64,000 nucleotides of DNA, from the NCBI GenBank assembly GCA_043732185.1, contig JAYTHY010000036.1, forward strand, positions 34,212 to 98,211, in the 5' to 3' direction. This DNA is from Fibrobacteria bacterium (GTDB lineage Bacteria > Fibrobacterota > Fibrobacteria > UBA11236). The stretch's first letter is position 1, and the number at the start of each line of letters is the position of its first letter. Positions 20,022 to 30,121 of this stretch are shown one piece after another. The notes below the pieces were generated by a model. That model was not told the origin of the DNA and ran no database searches. It was given only the letters and a program-made list of their open reading frames with translations. The translations under genes were made by a program, and so were the position numbers.

Positions 20022-20870
20022 ATGAAAGCAGCATTCCAGGGTGTGCATGGCGCCTATAGCGATCTAGCCTGCAAACAATTGCTTGGACCCCGTTGTCAGA
20101 CGGTTCCATGCGAAACTTTTGAAGATGTATTTCTTGCCGTGCAAAAGGGAAAAGTGGATCAAGGTGTGATTCCCATTGAAAATTCCTTAGCGGGTAGCAT
20201 TCATCAAAATTATGATCTGCTCTTAACCCATAACCTCCAAATTGTAGGTGAGACACATTTGAAGGTGGAGCATGCGCTCATGTGCCATCCCAGCACTGGA
20301 TTAAAAAATCTGACACAGGTGCGTTCGCACCCACAGGCGCTAGCGCAGTGCAGTCATTTTTTTGCCAAGGAAAGTCGAATCCGACCCGTAGCTTTTTTCG
20401 ATACCGCCGGTGCTGCCAAATCCCTATCGGAAGAAGCACCTGCGCAAATCGGGGCTATTGCCAGTGCCTATGCCGCCAAACTTTATAAACTAAAAGTGCT
20501 GCGTAGCAATCTCCAGAATCTCCCGAACAACTTCACTCGGTTTCTGGCCATTACACCTAATGCTGCCAAAACATCCGGCCATGGACAGTACAAAACCAGT
20601 ATCGCCTTTATGCCCGAAAAGAATCAAACCGGCATCCTGTTCAGAATCCTGGGCGTTTTCGCATTACGTGATATCGATCTGCTCAAAATCGAATCGCGAC
20701 CCAATCCTCTATCCCCTTTTGAATACTGGTTCTACGTGGACTTTGTGGGCAAAATAGGGGAGACAAAGGTCGATAAGGCTTTGGATCATCTGAGAGAGAT
20801 GGCTGCGCAATTGAAGGTACTGGGAAGTTACCCTAGGTCGCGGGCTGCACAAGTCACATTAAAAAGGTAA
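20022..20870 (+). CDS. pheA: Prephenate dehydratase (PDT-ACT, no chorismate mutase domain)
   Basis: AFQGVHGAYS, PIENSLAGSI, SHPQALAQC, NFTRF and KIESRP motifs; start at ATG 20022. Confidence 0.95.
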   Translation: MKAAFQGVHGAYSDLACKQLLGPRCQTVPCETFEDVFLAVQKGKVDQGVIPIENSLAGSIHQNYDLLLTHNLQIVGETHLKVEHALMCHPSTGLKNLTQVRSHPQALAQCSHFFAKESRIRPVAFFDTAGAAKSLSEEAPAQIGAIASAYAAKLYKLKVLRSNLQNLPNNFTRFLAITPNAAKTSGHGQYKTSIAFMPEKNQTGILFRILGVFALRDIDLLKIESRPNPLSPFEYWFYVDFVGKIGETKVDKALDHLREMAAQLKVLGSYPRSRAAQVTLKR

Positions 20871-20873
20871 AGC

Positions 20874-21599
20874 ATGACAAGAATCGACGGCAGGAAAACG
20901 GATCAATTGCGCCCAATCAAAATTACGGAGGACTTTGTTTCCACGGCGGAGGCATCGTACTTGATTGAAGTGGGTAAGACGCGTATTCTGTGCTGCGCCA
21001 GTTTGGAAGAAGAGGTCCCCCGCTGGATGAAAGGCAAAGGCAAAGGTTGGGTTACAGCAGAATACAATTTGCTGCCGCGCAGCACGTCCTCGCGTGTCAA
21101 GCGCGAGCGCGCCGGAGCGTCTGGTCGCACTCAGGAGATCCAGCGCCTAATTGGCCGAGCCTTGCGTGGTGTATGCAATTTGGATGCTTTGGGTGAACGC
21201 AATTACATCGTGGATTGCGATGTGATCGAGGCGGATGGCGGGACGCGGACTGCATCCATCGTTGGCGGCTTCATGGCTTTGGCTCGGGCCTTACAAAGGC
21301 TGAAGGCGACACAGCCGGCTTTGACCAAACCTGTCCTTAAACATTTCGTTTCAGCAGTTAGCGTGGGCATTGTGGAGGGAATCCCGATGCTGGATCTCTG
21401 TTATACGGAAGATTCGGAAGCTGAAGTCGACATGAATGTTGTCCGTACCGATTCTGGACATTTCGTGGAAATTCAAGGTACGGGCGAAGAAGCCGTGTAC
21501 TCACGTATGCAGCTGAACGACATGCTGGACCTGGCTGAAAAAGGCTGCAGCGAATTACTTACGTTGCAGAAAAAATTCCTGGGAACCGTCTTGCCGTAA
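20874..21599 (+). CDS. rph: Ribonuclease PH
   Basis: GWVTAEY, GRTQEIQRLIGRALR, ADGGTRTASI and EIQGTGE motifs. Confidence 0.97.
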   Translation: MTRIDGRKTDQLRPIKITEDFVSTAEASYLIEVGKTRILCCASLEEEVPRWMKGKGKGWVTAEYNLLPRSTSSRVKRERAGASGRTQEIQRLIGRALRGVCNLDALGERNYIVDCDVIEADGGTRTASIVGGFMALARALQRLKATQPALTKPVLKHFVSAVSVGIVEGIPMLDLCYTEDSEAEVDMNVVRTDSGHFVEIQGTGEEAVYSRMQLNDMLDLAEKGCSELLTLQKKFLGTVLP

Positions 21600-21720
21600 T
21601 TCATGACTTCCTACTGGATGGGTTTGCGAAGGCAGCTGCTGGAATGCAGCTCCTAGATGCGGGTATTCTACCTGCTTTTGGGCTTTTTGATGGATATGCC
21701 CACTCTTTCAAAAACGGACC

Positions 21721-21749
21721 TGGCAAAACTCTAAAGCACAGCCTATAAT
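21721..21749 (+). promoter_or_regulatory. Sigma70-type promoter, likely leaderless start at 21756
   Basis: TGGCAA (21721-26), 17 bp, TATAAT (21744-49), 6 nt, then ATG; no SD. Confidence 0.6.
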
Positions 21750-21755
21750 TGGGGC

Positions 21756-22340
21756 ATGGCTGAAAAAACGAATTCCAAATTTAAACGACGGCCGATACGC
21801 AATTTTATCATTCTGCCGGAATTCCAATGGCCCTATATCATCAGGCTCTTGGCTGTCGTAAACCTTACGGGTGTGCTCATGGCCACCACCATTTGCACGT
21901 TGTTCTTTTATCGTTACCATGCCAGCCCCGTTGGAGACGCGGCGGGAACGGACATGATCAGTGCTAATCTTATGTCTATTCTAGTTGAAGAAAATTTGAT
22001 GGACGTGGTCATTCCAGCCTTTGTGATCGCCGACGTGGTTTCCTTGGCGCTGGGGTTGTGGTTGAGCCTATATTTTTCCCGCAAGATTTCCGTGCCCATT
22101 TTCCGAATCAAGAAATGGGCGCAAGTGGTCGCCAGCGGGGATATGACTTTCCGATTGAAATTCCGCCCCGGTGATGACTTACAATCTCTAGAAACCGCCT
22201 GCAATTTGGTGAGCGAATCCTATTGCCAAGTCATCGAAGATTTAAAGAATCAGCTTCGGGAGGCCAAACTATCGGAGAGTTCCGACCGGACCACCGGCGA
22301 GAGTGCTATTAAAACGCGAACGCTGAAATCTCTTCCCTAA
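21756..22340 (+). CDS. Two-TM HAMP-domain membrane protein
   Basis: RRPIRNFIILPEFQ N-terminus, two TM segments, and SRKISVPIFRI...GDMTFRLKFRPGDDLQSL (HAMP). Confidence 0.75.
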   Translation: MAEKTNSKFKRRPIRNFIILPEFQWPYIIRLLAVVNLTGVLMATTICTLFFYRYHASPVGDAAGTDMISANLMSILVEENLMDVVIPAFVIADVVSLALGLWLSLYFSRKISVPIFRIKKWAQVVASGDMTFRLKFRPGDDLQSLETACNLVSESYCQVIEDLKNQLREAKLSESSDRTTGESAIKTRTLKSLP

Positions 22341-24465
22341 GGCTTTCAGCCAACAGGGTATTGCGATTAACCACAGGATTGTTTTCCACGGCTTTTCGCA
22401 CGGCGCTGCCGTCGCCAACCAGAAAAAGCCGTTCCCGGGCCCGGGTAATGCCTGTATACAACAGGTTTCGTTGTAGCATGACCCAATGGGCTTTAGCCAT
22501 CAGCATAACCACCACCTTGTATTCGCTACCCTGGCTCTTGTGGATAGAAATGGCATAAGCCAAAGTCAGCTCTTGTAATTCCTCCCCTTCGTAAACCGTG
22601 GTGTCGCCTTCAAAGTCCACAGTAACGGTTCGGCTGGAGCGGGAAACGGCAGATACGAATCCGATGTCGCCATTGAAAACATTCTTGTCGTAATTGTTGC
22701 GGAGTTGCATGACCTTATCATTGACCCGGTAGGTTCTTTCCTTGTACTCCAACCCATCCGTTCTGGGATTGAGGCGGGCTTGCAGGGCAGTGTTCAGCGC
22801 CAAGGTTCCCAATGGGCCTTGGTTCATGGGAGTCAATACTTGCACGTCCATTATAGGGTGGTAGGCGTAAAGCTGAGGCAATTCTTGTTCGACCAGATCG
22901 GCTACCAAAGCCGGGCCATCGGCTTCAGCGGGTATGGGGATGAAATGGAAATTACCCGTAGTCCTTGAGGTAACGGGTGGGATACCCTGATGGATACGGT
23001 GGGCGTTGGCGACTATTCTGGATTCCTCGGCCTGCCGGAAGATGCGGTCGAGGTGGAGATGGTGCATGACTCCGGAACGGATGAATTCGGCCAATACCTT
23101 ACCTGGCCCCACGGAGGGCAACTGATCGGGGTCGCCGATAAGCATGATGCGCGTGCCGGGTTTTACGGCTTTGAGCAGCGAGTACATGAGCACGGTGTCG
23201 ATCATGGAGACTTCATCCACCACAAGCACGTCCGTATCCAGGGGAGAGAGATCATCATGGGTGAATTTCCGATTGGCCGGATCAAATTTCAGCATTCGAT
23301 GTATGGTGGCGGCGGCGTGTCCTGTGACTTCTGACAATCGCTTGGCTGCGCGGCCGGTCGGGGCCGCCAATTTTACCTTTAAGCCGGCTCTCTGGTAGAC
23401 TTGCAGAATACCAAGGACGGTGGTGGTCTTGCCGGTTCCCGGTCCTCCAGTCAACAGGAACAAACCGCAGTCAACGGCTTTTCGGATCCCTTCGCGCTGT
23501 TGTTCGCTATACGCGAAGTCTTTTCCACAAGCAGCTTCCGCCACCTGTATGGCTTCGGCGATAATGGATTTAGGAATGCGTGACGGCGTGAAATGCAGCA
23601 ATGCCGCGCGTTTGGCAATGCCGCGTTCGCTGTGGAAAAGATAGGGTAGGTAGTAGCGGTTTTCGCCGTCATGTCGAACCTGATCCGAATCGGTCATTCC
23701 GTCCAAGGTAAACACGATTTTTTCTGGAGTGCATTGTAACAGGGATTGGGCCTTCATCAGGAGATCGTCGCGACCTTGAAAGACATGCCCCGCTTCCGCG
23801 GATTTCCCCAGAGCATAGGCCAGTCCTGCTTTGATACGAGCATACGAATCGATTTCAAATCCCAGCTTGCGGGCGATATCATCTGCCTTCAGAAAACCGA
23901 CCCCCCAAACTTCGTCGGCCAATTGATACGGGTTGCTTTTAATGACGGCGGCAGCTTGATCCCCGTAATGTTGGTACAGTCGAGTACTCATATTCAAACT
24001 CAGGTGATGGGATTGGAGGAAGTACATGACCTCGCGCATGCTTTTATTGTCGCGCCAGACGGTAAGCAAGGACGCCAGAGACTTGCCTTTGAGTTTTGGC
24101 ACTTCTTTCAAGCGATCGGGATGATGATCGAGAATCTCAAATGTTTCGAGTCCAAACCGGTCTACTAAGCGCTTGGCCAAGGCGGGTCCCACGCCCTTGA
24201 GAATGCCGCCTCCCAAATATCTTTCCATGGCTTCGACACTGTCTGGAGCCAGCAACTTGTAACCGGTGGCTTTAAATTGCTCACCAAAGGTTTCGTGTTT
24301 GGTCCATTCCCCTTCCAGGTCCAGCGTTTCGCCTAAGCTGAGTTTTGGGAATATACCGACGGCGGTAAATATTTTTTTTGAACCGGCTTCCATCAATCGT
24401 AAAACCGAATACCCGTTGTCGGGATTGTGAAACGTGATGGTTTTAACGATGGCTTTTTGGAACAA
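22309..24465 (-). CDS. recD2: ATP-dependent RecD-like helicase RecD2
   Basis: N-terminal OB/HhH (KGVGP), GGPGTGKTT, APTGRAAKRL, VDEVSM and YAISIHKSQGSEY motifs. Confidence 0.95.
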   Translation of the reverse strand: MFQKAIVKTITFHNPDNGYSVLRLMEAGSKKIFTAVGIFPKLSLGETLDLEGEWTKHETFGEQFKATGYKLLAPDSVEAMERYLGGGILKGVGPALAKRLVDRFGLETFEILDHHPDRLKEVPKLKGKSLASLLTVWRDNKSMREVMYFLQSHHLSLNMSTRLYQHYGDQAAAVIKSNPYQLADEVWGVGFLKADDIARKLGFEIDSYARIKAGLAYALGKSAEAGHVFQGRDDLLMKAQSLLQCTPEKIVFTLDGMTDSDQVRHDGENRYYLPYLFHSERGIAKRAALLHFTPSRIPKSIIAEAIQVAEAACGKDFAYSEQQREGIRKAVDCGLFLLTGGPGTGKTTTVLGILQVYQRAGLKVKLAAPTGRAAKRLSEVTGHAAATIHRMLKFDPANRKFTHDDLSPLDTDVLVVDEVSMIDTVLMYSLLKAVKPGTRIMLIGDPDQLPSVGPGKVLAEFIRSGVMHHLHLDRIFRQAEESRIVANAHRIHQGIPPVTSRTTGNFHFIPIPAEADGPALVADLVEQELPQLYAYHPIMDVQVLTPMNQGPLGTLALNTALQARLNPRTDGLEYKERTYRVNDKVMQLRNNYDKNVFNGDIGFVSAVSRSSRTVTVDFEGDTTVYEGEELQELTLAYAISIHKSQGSEYKVVVMLMAKAHWVMLQRNLLYTGITRARERLFLVGDGSAVRKAVENNPVVNRNTLLAESLREEISAFAF

Positions 24466-24480
24466 GGTTTGGTTGCCCCT

Positions 24481-24508
24481 AAATGAGAAAAGGGCTTGGT
24501 AGCCCCTT
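24481..24508 (-). terminator. Probable intrinsic terminator after the bS22-type gene
   Basis: Minus strand reads GGGCT-ACCA-AGCCC followed by TTTTCTCATTT. Confidence 0.55.
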
Positions 24509-24568
24509 CCCTTTCAATCGAATTTAGAAATTGCGAGCACGGCTCGGTCGGGCATTCAGCCCGAGCCT

Positions 24569-24664
24569 TTAGGCCAGCTTCTTCTTATGACGGTTCAGAC
24601 GACGGCGTTTCTTACGCTTGTGAGTCGCCATCTTCTTCCGTTTTCGTTTCTTACCGCAAGGCAT
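24569..24664 (-). CDS. 30S ribosomal protein bS22 / AURKAIP1-COX24-like basic peptide (31 aa)
   Basis: Manual translation MPCGKKRKRKKMATHKRKKRRRLNRHKKKLA*; AGAGG SD upstream; too short for the ORF track. Confidence 0.88.
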   Translation of the reverse strand: MPCGKKRKRKKMATHKRKKRRRLNRHKKKLA

Positions 24665-24782
24665 GCGTACCTCTGATTTTAAGGCCTACAAAGCTCGTAA
24701 ATAATATCTGAACTGTCAATTTAATGGCTCAAGCGCGGGGATTTAATGGCTGTCGGATGGAGTCGCAATGACCTATTCCAGC

Positions 24783-26210
24783 TTAGCGTGGAGGCTCCAT
24801 GCGCAGTTTTAGACCCTGTAGGAGACTTTCAGCAAATTCCGCAAGGGCTGGGTCGCGCGCGCCCATGGATACGATCCAGTCGCCTGGACGGGCTTCTGCA
24901 ACCACCGACGCAAGGACTTCAGCCTTGGTCGGGAAGAATCGGCCAATTGGGGGCCTGGATTCCGGATCCTCTGAATTGATCCAACGGATCAAATCCGCCG
25001 ACGAAATGCTTTTATCGGCAGTGCCACCGGCGTAATAGATTTCAGGCATAAAGATGCGGTCCTGGGAATCGAGAACCGAGAGAATATTCTGCACCAAATC
25101 CTTGCCGAATAGTTTCATGGGAGCGAAACCATGGGGATGGAATATCGCCAATATTCGGCGTCTGGAGCCATCGGCTGCGGCCTTAACCGTTTCCAGACAA
25201 GCCTTGACTTTGGAGGGATTGTGGGCAAAATCATCCACAACTGTTACGCCTTTTACAATTCCAATTTTTACGTGACGGCGTTCCACGCCTTGATACTTGT
25301 TAAGGCCTTTGGCGCAATTAAAAAGCGAAATTCCCAGTGCGCGTCCCACCGTAATGGCAGCCATGGCATTGGCAAGATTATGCCGGCCCGGTACACGAAT
25401 CTCAAAAGCCACGCCTGCCAGGTTAAAATGCGTATCCCAATCGCCGAGCTTTAAATTTTCCACCCTGCCCTCGGGCATGGCATCCGGGAAAAAGACAATA
25501 TCCTGTTTCCGTTTTAGTGACATGCAGAGCGGATCCGCACCATTTAAAATCACTTGGCCTAGGGTTTGATCGCGAAACTGGTTAAACAAGGGCATGAGTT
25601 CGGTGATTTCCTTGTGGTCTTTTTCCACATTCAGAATGACGCCGACCTCGGGGCAATACTGGACTAGGCTTCCATCGCTTTCATCCGCTTCCATCACCAA
25701 CCAATCCGGTGCTTCCGTGGAGGCGGCCTTCACACCTGCTTTTGCATTGCCTAGAAGCCCCTCCGCTTGCAACGAAATAAGATTTGCCCCGGTAATGAGC
25801 GAAGGATTAAGCCCTCCGGCTTCCAGAATATGATAGGTCATGCCTGTAACGGTGGATTTACCTGAGGTGCCGGAAATGGCAATGGTATTTCTCAGACGCG
25901 CCAACTCAGCCAAAAGCTCGGATCGATGGATGACGGGAATACCCAATGCCCTGGCTTTTTGAACCTCAGGATTTTGATTCTCAATGGCCGTGGAAACAAT
26001 CAGGCAGGAGCATCCCTGCAGGCTAGAACCATCCTGGGGATGGAGGTGAATGCCAATACGCTGGAAATAGGACCGCTTCTGGGTCTCAGCACCTTTATCA
26101 AAACTGCGATCGGAACCGGAAACTTTAGCGCCTTGGAAGACTAGGAATTGCGCCAGAGCGCTCATGCCCGTGCCCGCAATGCCGGAGAAAAAAGGCCTAG
26201 AAAGATCCAC
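24783..26210 (-). CDS. UDP-N-acetylmuramate--L-alanine ligase / Mpl-like Mur ligase
   Basis: SGIAGTGMSALA, VSGSD, GTSGKSTVT, EADESDGS and DDFAHNP motifs; not within a dcw cluster. Confidence 0.85.
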   Translation of the reverse strand: MDLSRPFFSGIAGTGMSALAQFLVFQGAKVSGSDRSFDKGAETQKRSYFQRIGIHLHPQDGSSLQGCSCLIVSTAIENQNPEVQKARALGIPVIHRSELLAELARLRNTIAISGTSGKSTVTGMTYHILEAGGLNPSLITGANLISLQAEGLLGNAKAGVKAASTEAPDWLVMEADESDGSLVQYCPEVGVILNVEKDHKEITELMPLFNQFRDQTLGQVILNGADPLCMSLKRKQDIVFFPDAMPEGRVENLKLGDWDTHFNLAGVAFEIRVPGRHNLANAMAAITVGRALGISLFNCAKGLNKYQGVERRHVKIGIVKGVTVVDDFAHNPSKVKACLETVKAAADGSRRRILAIFHPHGFAPMKLFGKDLVQNILSVLDSQDRIFMPEIYYAGGTADKSISSADLIRWINSEDPESRPPIGRFFPTKAEVLASVVAEARPGDWIVSMGARDPALAEFAESLLQGLKLRMEPPR

Positions 26211-27170
26211 TTAGGACCTGAAACCGTCCTGGGAGGAGGAGCCGCCATCCGATCCGGGATTTTCGAGTATATCTTCAATCTCATTCATGATCACATTATC
26301 GTCCCAAATGGTTTCGCCTTTGTTCAACATGAGACGCTGCTTGAGACATGTTTTGGCGACCTGAATGGCTTCTTTCACTTCTTCGTTTTTTTCCAAGGCT
26401 TCCAAGGTGTGGATGATTTCCGGAAGGCGGGCTACTGGCGCAAGGGAACCTAACGCAACGATGGCTTCATAGCGGATGTCTTGGCTAGATGATTTGGTCA
26501 ACTGTTGCAACCGTTCCAATGAGGCATGGAGACCAAGGCCCGCAGCGGAATGGATGGCTTCCAAGAGAACCGGTTCCGCTTCAGAATACAGCTCTTCCAA
26601 AATTAAACGTTCAAATACGGCGTCTTTAATCAATCCCATGGCATACAAGGCGCTGACTTTGACGTAAGGGTTGGGCGCCTGATGATAAAAGCGCATCACG
26701 ATGTGTCGAATTTCCGGCAAGTATCCAAGGTATCCCAGGGCTTCCAGCGCGCGACGCCTCACTTCCATGCTTTCCATTGGAGCATCGACTTTGGTTACCA
26801 AGTATTCTCTCACATTTTCATAAAATTCGCGGAGAACAATGGCTGCTCCACCTCGGAACCCGGGCGGAGGAATGGCCTCAAATTCAAGTCCATCCTGAAT
26901 GACGGCTCCCAGGCAACTGTTGGACATCGCCCGGATTTCTTCATCCACGAAATCATGGGCCATGCGAAAGATTTCCTGGAAAAGGCTTTCGTCGGAAACA
27001 TAATTGGTGGCGGCCTGTAGAGCGGAAAGAATGATTTCCGGATCGGGTGAATGCAAATATTCTTTAAGCAGTTTGGTCACATCCACACCATCGAAATCGC
27101 GATTTCCGATATCCTCGATGCGCTTCAGTATCTGGAGCTTTTCGTCAAGGGGGGAGGCGGGGTTTTCCAT
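26211..27170 (-). CDS. HEAT-repeat protein
   Basis: Repeated helical units VRRRALEALG, VKVSALYAMG and IRYEAIVALG. Confidence 0.8.
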   Translation of the reverse strand: MENPASPLDEKLQILKRIEDIGNRDFDGVDVTKLLKEYLHSPDPEIILSALQAATNYVSDESLFQEIFRMAHDFVDEEIRAMSNSCLGAVIQDGLEFEAIPPPGFRGGAAIVLREFYENVREYLVTKVDAPMESMEVRRRALEALGYLGYLPEIRHIVMRFYHQAPNPYVKVSALYAMGLIKDAVFERLILEELYSEAEPVLLEAIHSAAGLGLHASLERLQQLTKSSSQDIRYEAIVALGSLAPVARLPEIIHTLEALEKNEEVKEAIQVAKTCLKQRLMLNKGETIWDDNVIMNEIEDILENPGSDGGSSSQDGFRS

Positions 27171-27268
27171 GGGTCAGAATTTAGGAAAAAATACGGTAAG
27201 CCTAAAGCATGGGCTTTTTACCCTAATTTTGTTTATTAACGCGAGTATTCTTTTCTGGAGCAGGCATC

Positions 27269-27967
27269 ATGCCAAAACCCGTTTTTTCCTGTTTACATGG
27301 CTTCCAAATTGGAACGTTGCTGATGGCAACCCTATTTTGCTTTGATATTTCAGTTTCCGGGGCCGGCCCAGTCTCTCCAGTGTCCAGTTCCACAACCGAA
27401 GCTCAAACGGCGCTTCGCAAGGCCATCGCCTTTCAAAGGGAGTCTAAGGATCTGGCTTTTAATTTCCTTGCATCCATCTATAATCCAACCTTGGACAAAA
27501 AGGAAAATTACTCCGGAAAGCTACTGCTCAAGGATTCCACCAAGTTTCGTTTGGAGATCCCGGGCGGCACCTATGTTTCCGACGGAAAAAATTATTGGGA
27601 ATACCACAGTCAAAATCATCAGGTGATTTTACGCAATGCTTCTGATTTAAAAGATCAGCCGCTACCGGGTGATGTCCTGCTGCGTTTTCTGGACTCCAAG
27701 CCCATGGCCTTGAAGAAGACGAGTATGCATGGTAAGGAATATTTGGAAATGCGGCTCGATCCCTCCCTGGCCATGAAAAATTTGGACAGTTTGGTTGTGA
27801 TGCTCGACAAAGAAAACTTTTCCCTCTACCGCGTTTCAAGTCGCGATGTATCCGGCAATGAAGCGCAGTATACGGTTACCTCTTTAAAAAAGAATCGTGG
27901 AATCAACGACCGGGAATTCGTTTTTGTGAGTCCTAAAGGGTCCGAATTGGTCGACATGCGAGAATGA
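27269..27967 (+). CDS. lolA: Outer-membrane lipoprotein carrier LolA-family protein
   Basis: Signal peptide; GKLLLK...KFRLE...YVSDGKNYWEY...QVI and FVFVSPKGSELVDMR. Confidence 0.85.
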   Translation: MPKPVFSCLHGFQIGTLLMATLFCFDISVSGAGPVSPVSSSTTEAQTALRKAIAFQRESKDLAFNFLASIYNPTLDKKENYSGKLLLKDSTKFRLEIPGGTYVSDGKNYWEYHSQNHQVILRNASDLKDQPLPGDVLLRFLDSKPMALKKTSMHGKEYLEMRLDPSLAMKNLDSLVVMLDKENFSLYRVSSRDVSGNEAQYTVTSLKKNRGINDREFVFVSPKGSELVDMRE

Positions 27968-28015
27968 AATTTGCACTTTTGAGGCTACAAGTAGCATGCA
28001 CCGTGAGGAGAATCC

Positions 28016-28513
28016 GTGGGTAATGAAAATTCATTTGACATTGTTTGCAAAACCGATCCCGAAGAGCTTAGAAACGCGGTTCAAGCGACGCAAAAAGAAC
28101 TGAGTATCCGTTTCGATTTCAAAGGCAGCAAGGCTTCGATTGATCTAGATGCCAAAACATTCGAAGTGACACTGGTAGCGGATGACGAATATAAAATCGG
28201 CCAATTGCGCGATATGTTCGAAAACAAATTGATCAAACGGGGATTGGGTCCCAAAACCGTGAAATACTCCGACCCGAAGCCGGGCGGCAAAATGACTGTG
28301 AGCCAGGTAGCCAAGTTCCAGTCGGGCATTGCCCAGGAAGATGCCAAAAAATTGGTCAAGCTCATCAAGGAATTGAAACTAAAAGTGCAAGTGGCCATTC
28401 AGGGGGAACAATTACGGGTAACCGGCAAGAGCAAAGATGATCTGCAGGATGCCATGGCCGCCGTAAGAGGGGCAAATCTGGAATTCGAATGCCAGTTTGT
28501 GAATTTTCGGTGA
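28016..28513 (+). CDS. yajQ: YajQ-family nucleotide/c-di-GMP-binding protein
   Basis: SFDIV, RFDFKGS, IQGEQLRVTGKSKDDLQ and QFVNFR motifs. Confidence 0.95.
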   Translation: MGNENSFDIVCKTDPEELRNAVQATQKELSIRFDFKGSKASIDLDAKTFEVTLVADDEYKIGQLRDMFENKLIKRGLGPKTVKYSDPKPGGKMTVSQVAKFQSGIAQEDAKKLVKLIKELKLKVQVAIQGEQLRVTGKSKDDLQDAMAAVRGANLEFECQFVNFR

Positions 28514-28516
28514 GCG

Positions 28517-30121
28517 ATGTGCATGCATAGCGATTTAAAATATTTGGTTTCGGTAACATTCAGTCTCGTTGTGGTATTGACGGGTGGAGTTTTTGGGCAA
28601 ACCGATCCGCTAGTTTCAAAATCGATTCCTTTCCTATTTGCGGATCAGGATCATCTTTGGGCCATTGGCGCGGATGGATTGCACTATAGCCTCATCGATC
28701 CTTTTCCCGTGACCGCTACACTCAAAAATGGAACCTTGCCCTTCCACGGGCCAGTCCGCGGCGGAGTGGGCCGTTCTACTTCACTTCTGCTTTTCCAAAA
28801 TTTTTTAAAGTCCGATAGCGTAACCGTAGCTTTTATTGGAGCGATGAATCAGGATGGCAAGACCAACCTTGATTCCTTGATATTCCTACGGTCCAAATTG
28901 CACAACAACCTGATAACCCTGGGCGTGGAGTTTTCCGCACTGGCATTGAGAGCGGACACTTTGATTCTCGGTGGCGGACGGGCAGGGTTTGCCCTCATAA
29001 AATTGCGCACCGAAGGGCAAGGTTTGCTGCCTGCGGATAGTTTAGGATTCCGCGCTCTGGCGGATGGAGTGGATACGACGGTTGCGTCGTTGCGCTGTGC
29101 GCCTAATAAAAGCTGCGCTGTGGATGGTCTGGATGCGGTTACCAAGGTCGGTGAACCGGATTCGATATCGGCTTTAGCCGTGGACTCTTCGGCAATCGAC
29201 AGCATCTGGCTTTTGATCGGCACCCAGACAGGCCTACGCCGAGGTTTGGTCGGTGGCAATGCTTTCCCCGCAGTTACGCTGCCTACCGATAAGCCGGGCA
29301 CCAAACTCCGCATCGAAAGCATTCACACGGATCCGGTCCATGGAATCCTATGGGTCTTTTCCGGTTCGGAATATTTTTTCAGTAAGGATCATGGCCGTAC
29401 TTTTTATAAACCGCCCAGCATTTCAGGTATCGCGACCAAAGCCACCGACCTGACGGGATTTAATCCGGCCCCACAGGCTGTCAATTTGGATGACACTACC
29501 TTCATCAACTTCAACTTGGATAGGCCAGGATTGGTTCTTTTCCGTAAAGACAGTTTGACGGCCAATGCCGGATCAGGGGATTTCAGGGATGTGGTTTATG
29601 ATCAGGAAGATGGACTTTCCATTATTCGTGGAGAAGGCAAACTCACGGCACTGGCTACCGCACGTAACGGAGGTGTAACGGTCCTGGCTGTAGGCACAAG
29701 TTCCAAGGGCCTCTTTTTGCGTAAGACCGGAGCTGGGCAGGCAGGTGTTTGGACCAATATGAACAGTCTTAAACGCGTAAAGAGCGGACTTGACGAAATC
29801 ATAACCTATCCCACCCTGTTCACGGGTGTGAGCGCTACCGGAGATCCGGAATATGTCAATATTGGATACCGTCTTAAGAAAGATGGGAAAGTCACCATAT
29901 CAATTTTCAACTATGCGATGGAGAAGGTGAAGACCTTGGTGGAGGGTTCGCGGCGCAAGGGCGGCGGCAGTCGCAGCGAAGTTCCTACGGAGGATCGGTG
30001 GGATGGACGCGATGCTGGTGGAAGGCCCGTCTCTTTAGGCATCTACTATATCTTGGTGGAATCCGATCAAGGTGAAAAGGGCTGGGGTAAGGCCATTGCA
30101 GTCAGGGGTAGAAACCCATGA
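28517..30121 (+). CDS. Secreted beta-rich protein with FlgD-Ig / T9SS-CTD-like C-terminal domain
   Basis: Signal peptide and an Asp-box-like SKDHGRTF. The C-terminus reads YPTLF...IGYRLKKDGKVTISIFN...WDGRDAGGRPVSLGIYY. Confidence 0.7.
   Translation: MCMHSDLKYLVSVTFSLVVVLTGGVFGQTDPLVSKSIPFLFADQDHLWAIGADGLHYSLIDPFPVTATLKNGTLPFHGPVRGGVGRSTSLLLFQNFLKSDSVTVAFIGAMNQDGKTNLDSLIFLRSKLHNNLITLGVEFSALALRADTLILGGGRAGFALIKLRTEGQGLLPADSLGFRALADGVDTTVASLRCAPNKSCAVDGLDAVTKVGEPDSISALAVDSSAIDSIWLLIGTQTGLRRGLVGGNAFPAVTLPTDKPGTKLRIESIHTDPVHGILWVFSGSEYFFSKDHGRTFYKPPSISGIATKATDLTGFNPAPQAVNLDDTTFINFNLDRPGLVLFRKDSLTANAGSGDFRDVVYDQEDGLSIIRGEGKLTALATARNGGVTVLAVGTSSKGLFLRKTGAGQAGVWTNMNSLKRVKSGLDEIITYPTLFTGVSATGDPEYVNIGYRLKKDGKVTISIFNYAMEKVKTLVEGSRRKGGGSRSEVPTEDRWDGRDAGGRPVSLGIYYILVESDQGEKGWGKAIAVRGRNP

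Noticed and set aside
21603..21656. 17-codon ORF after rph
   Set aside because: It has no SD, no biased composition and no attenuator structure.
24496..24711. 71-aa plus-strand ORF
   Set aside because: It is the antisense of the bS22-type gene, which has an SD and a recognisable sequence.
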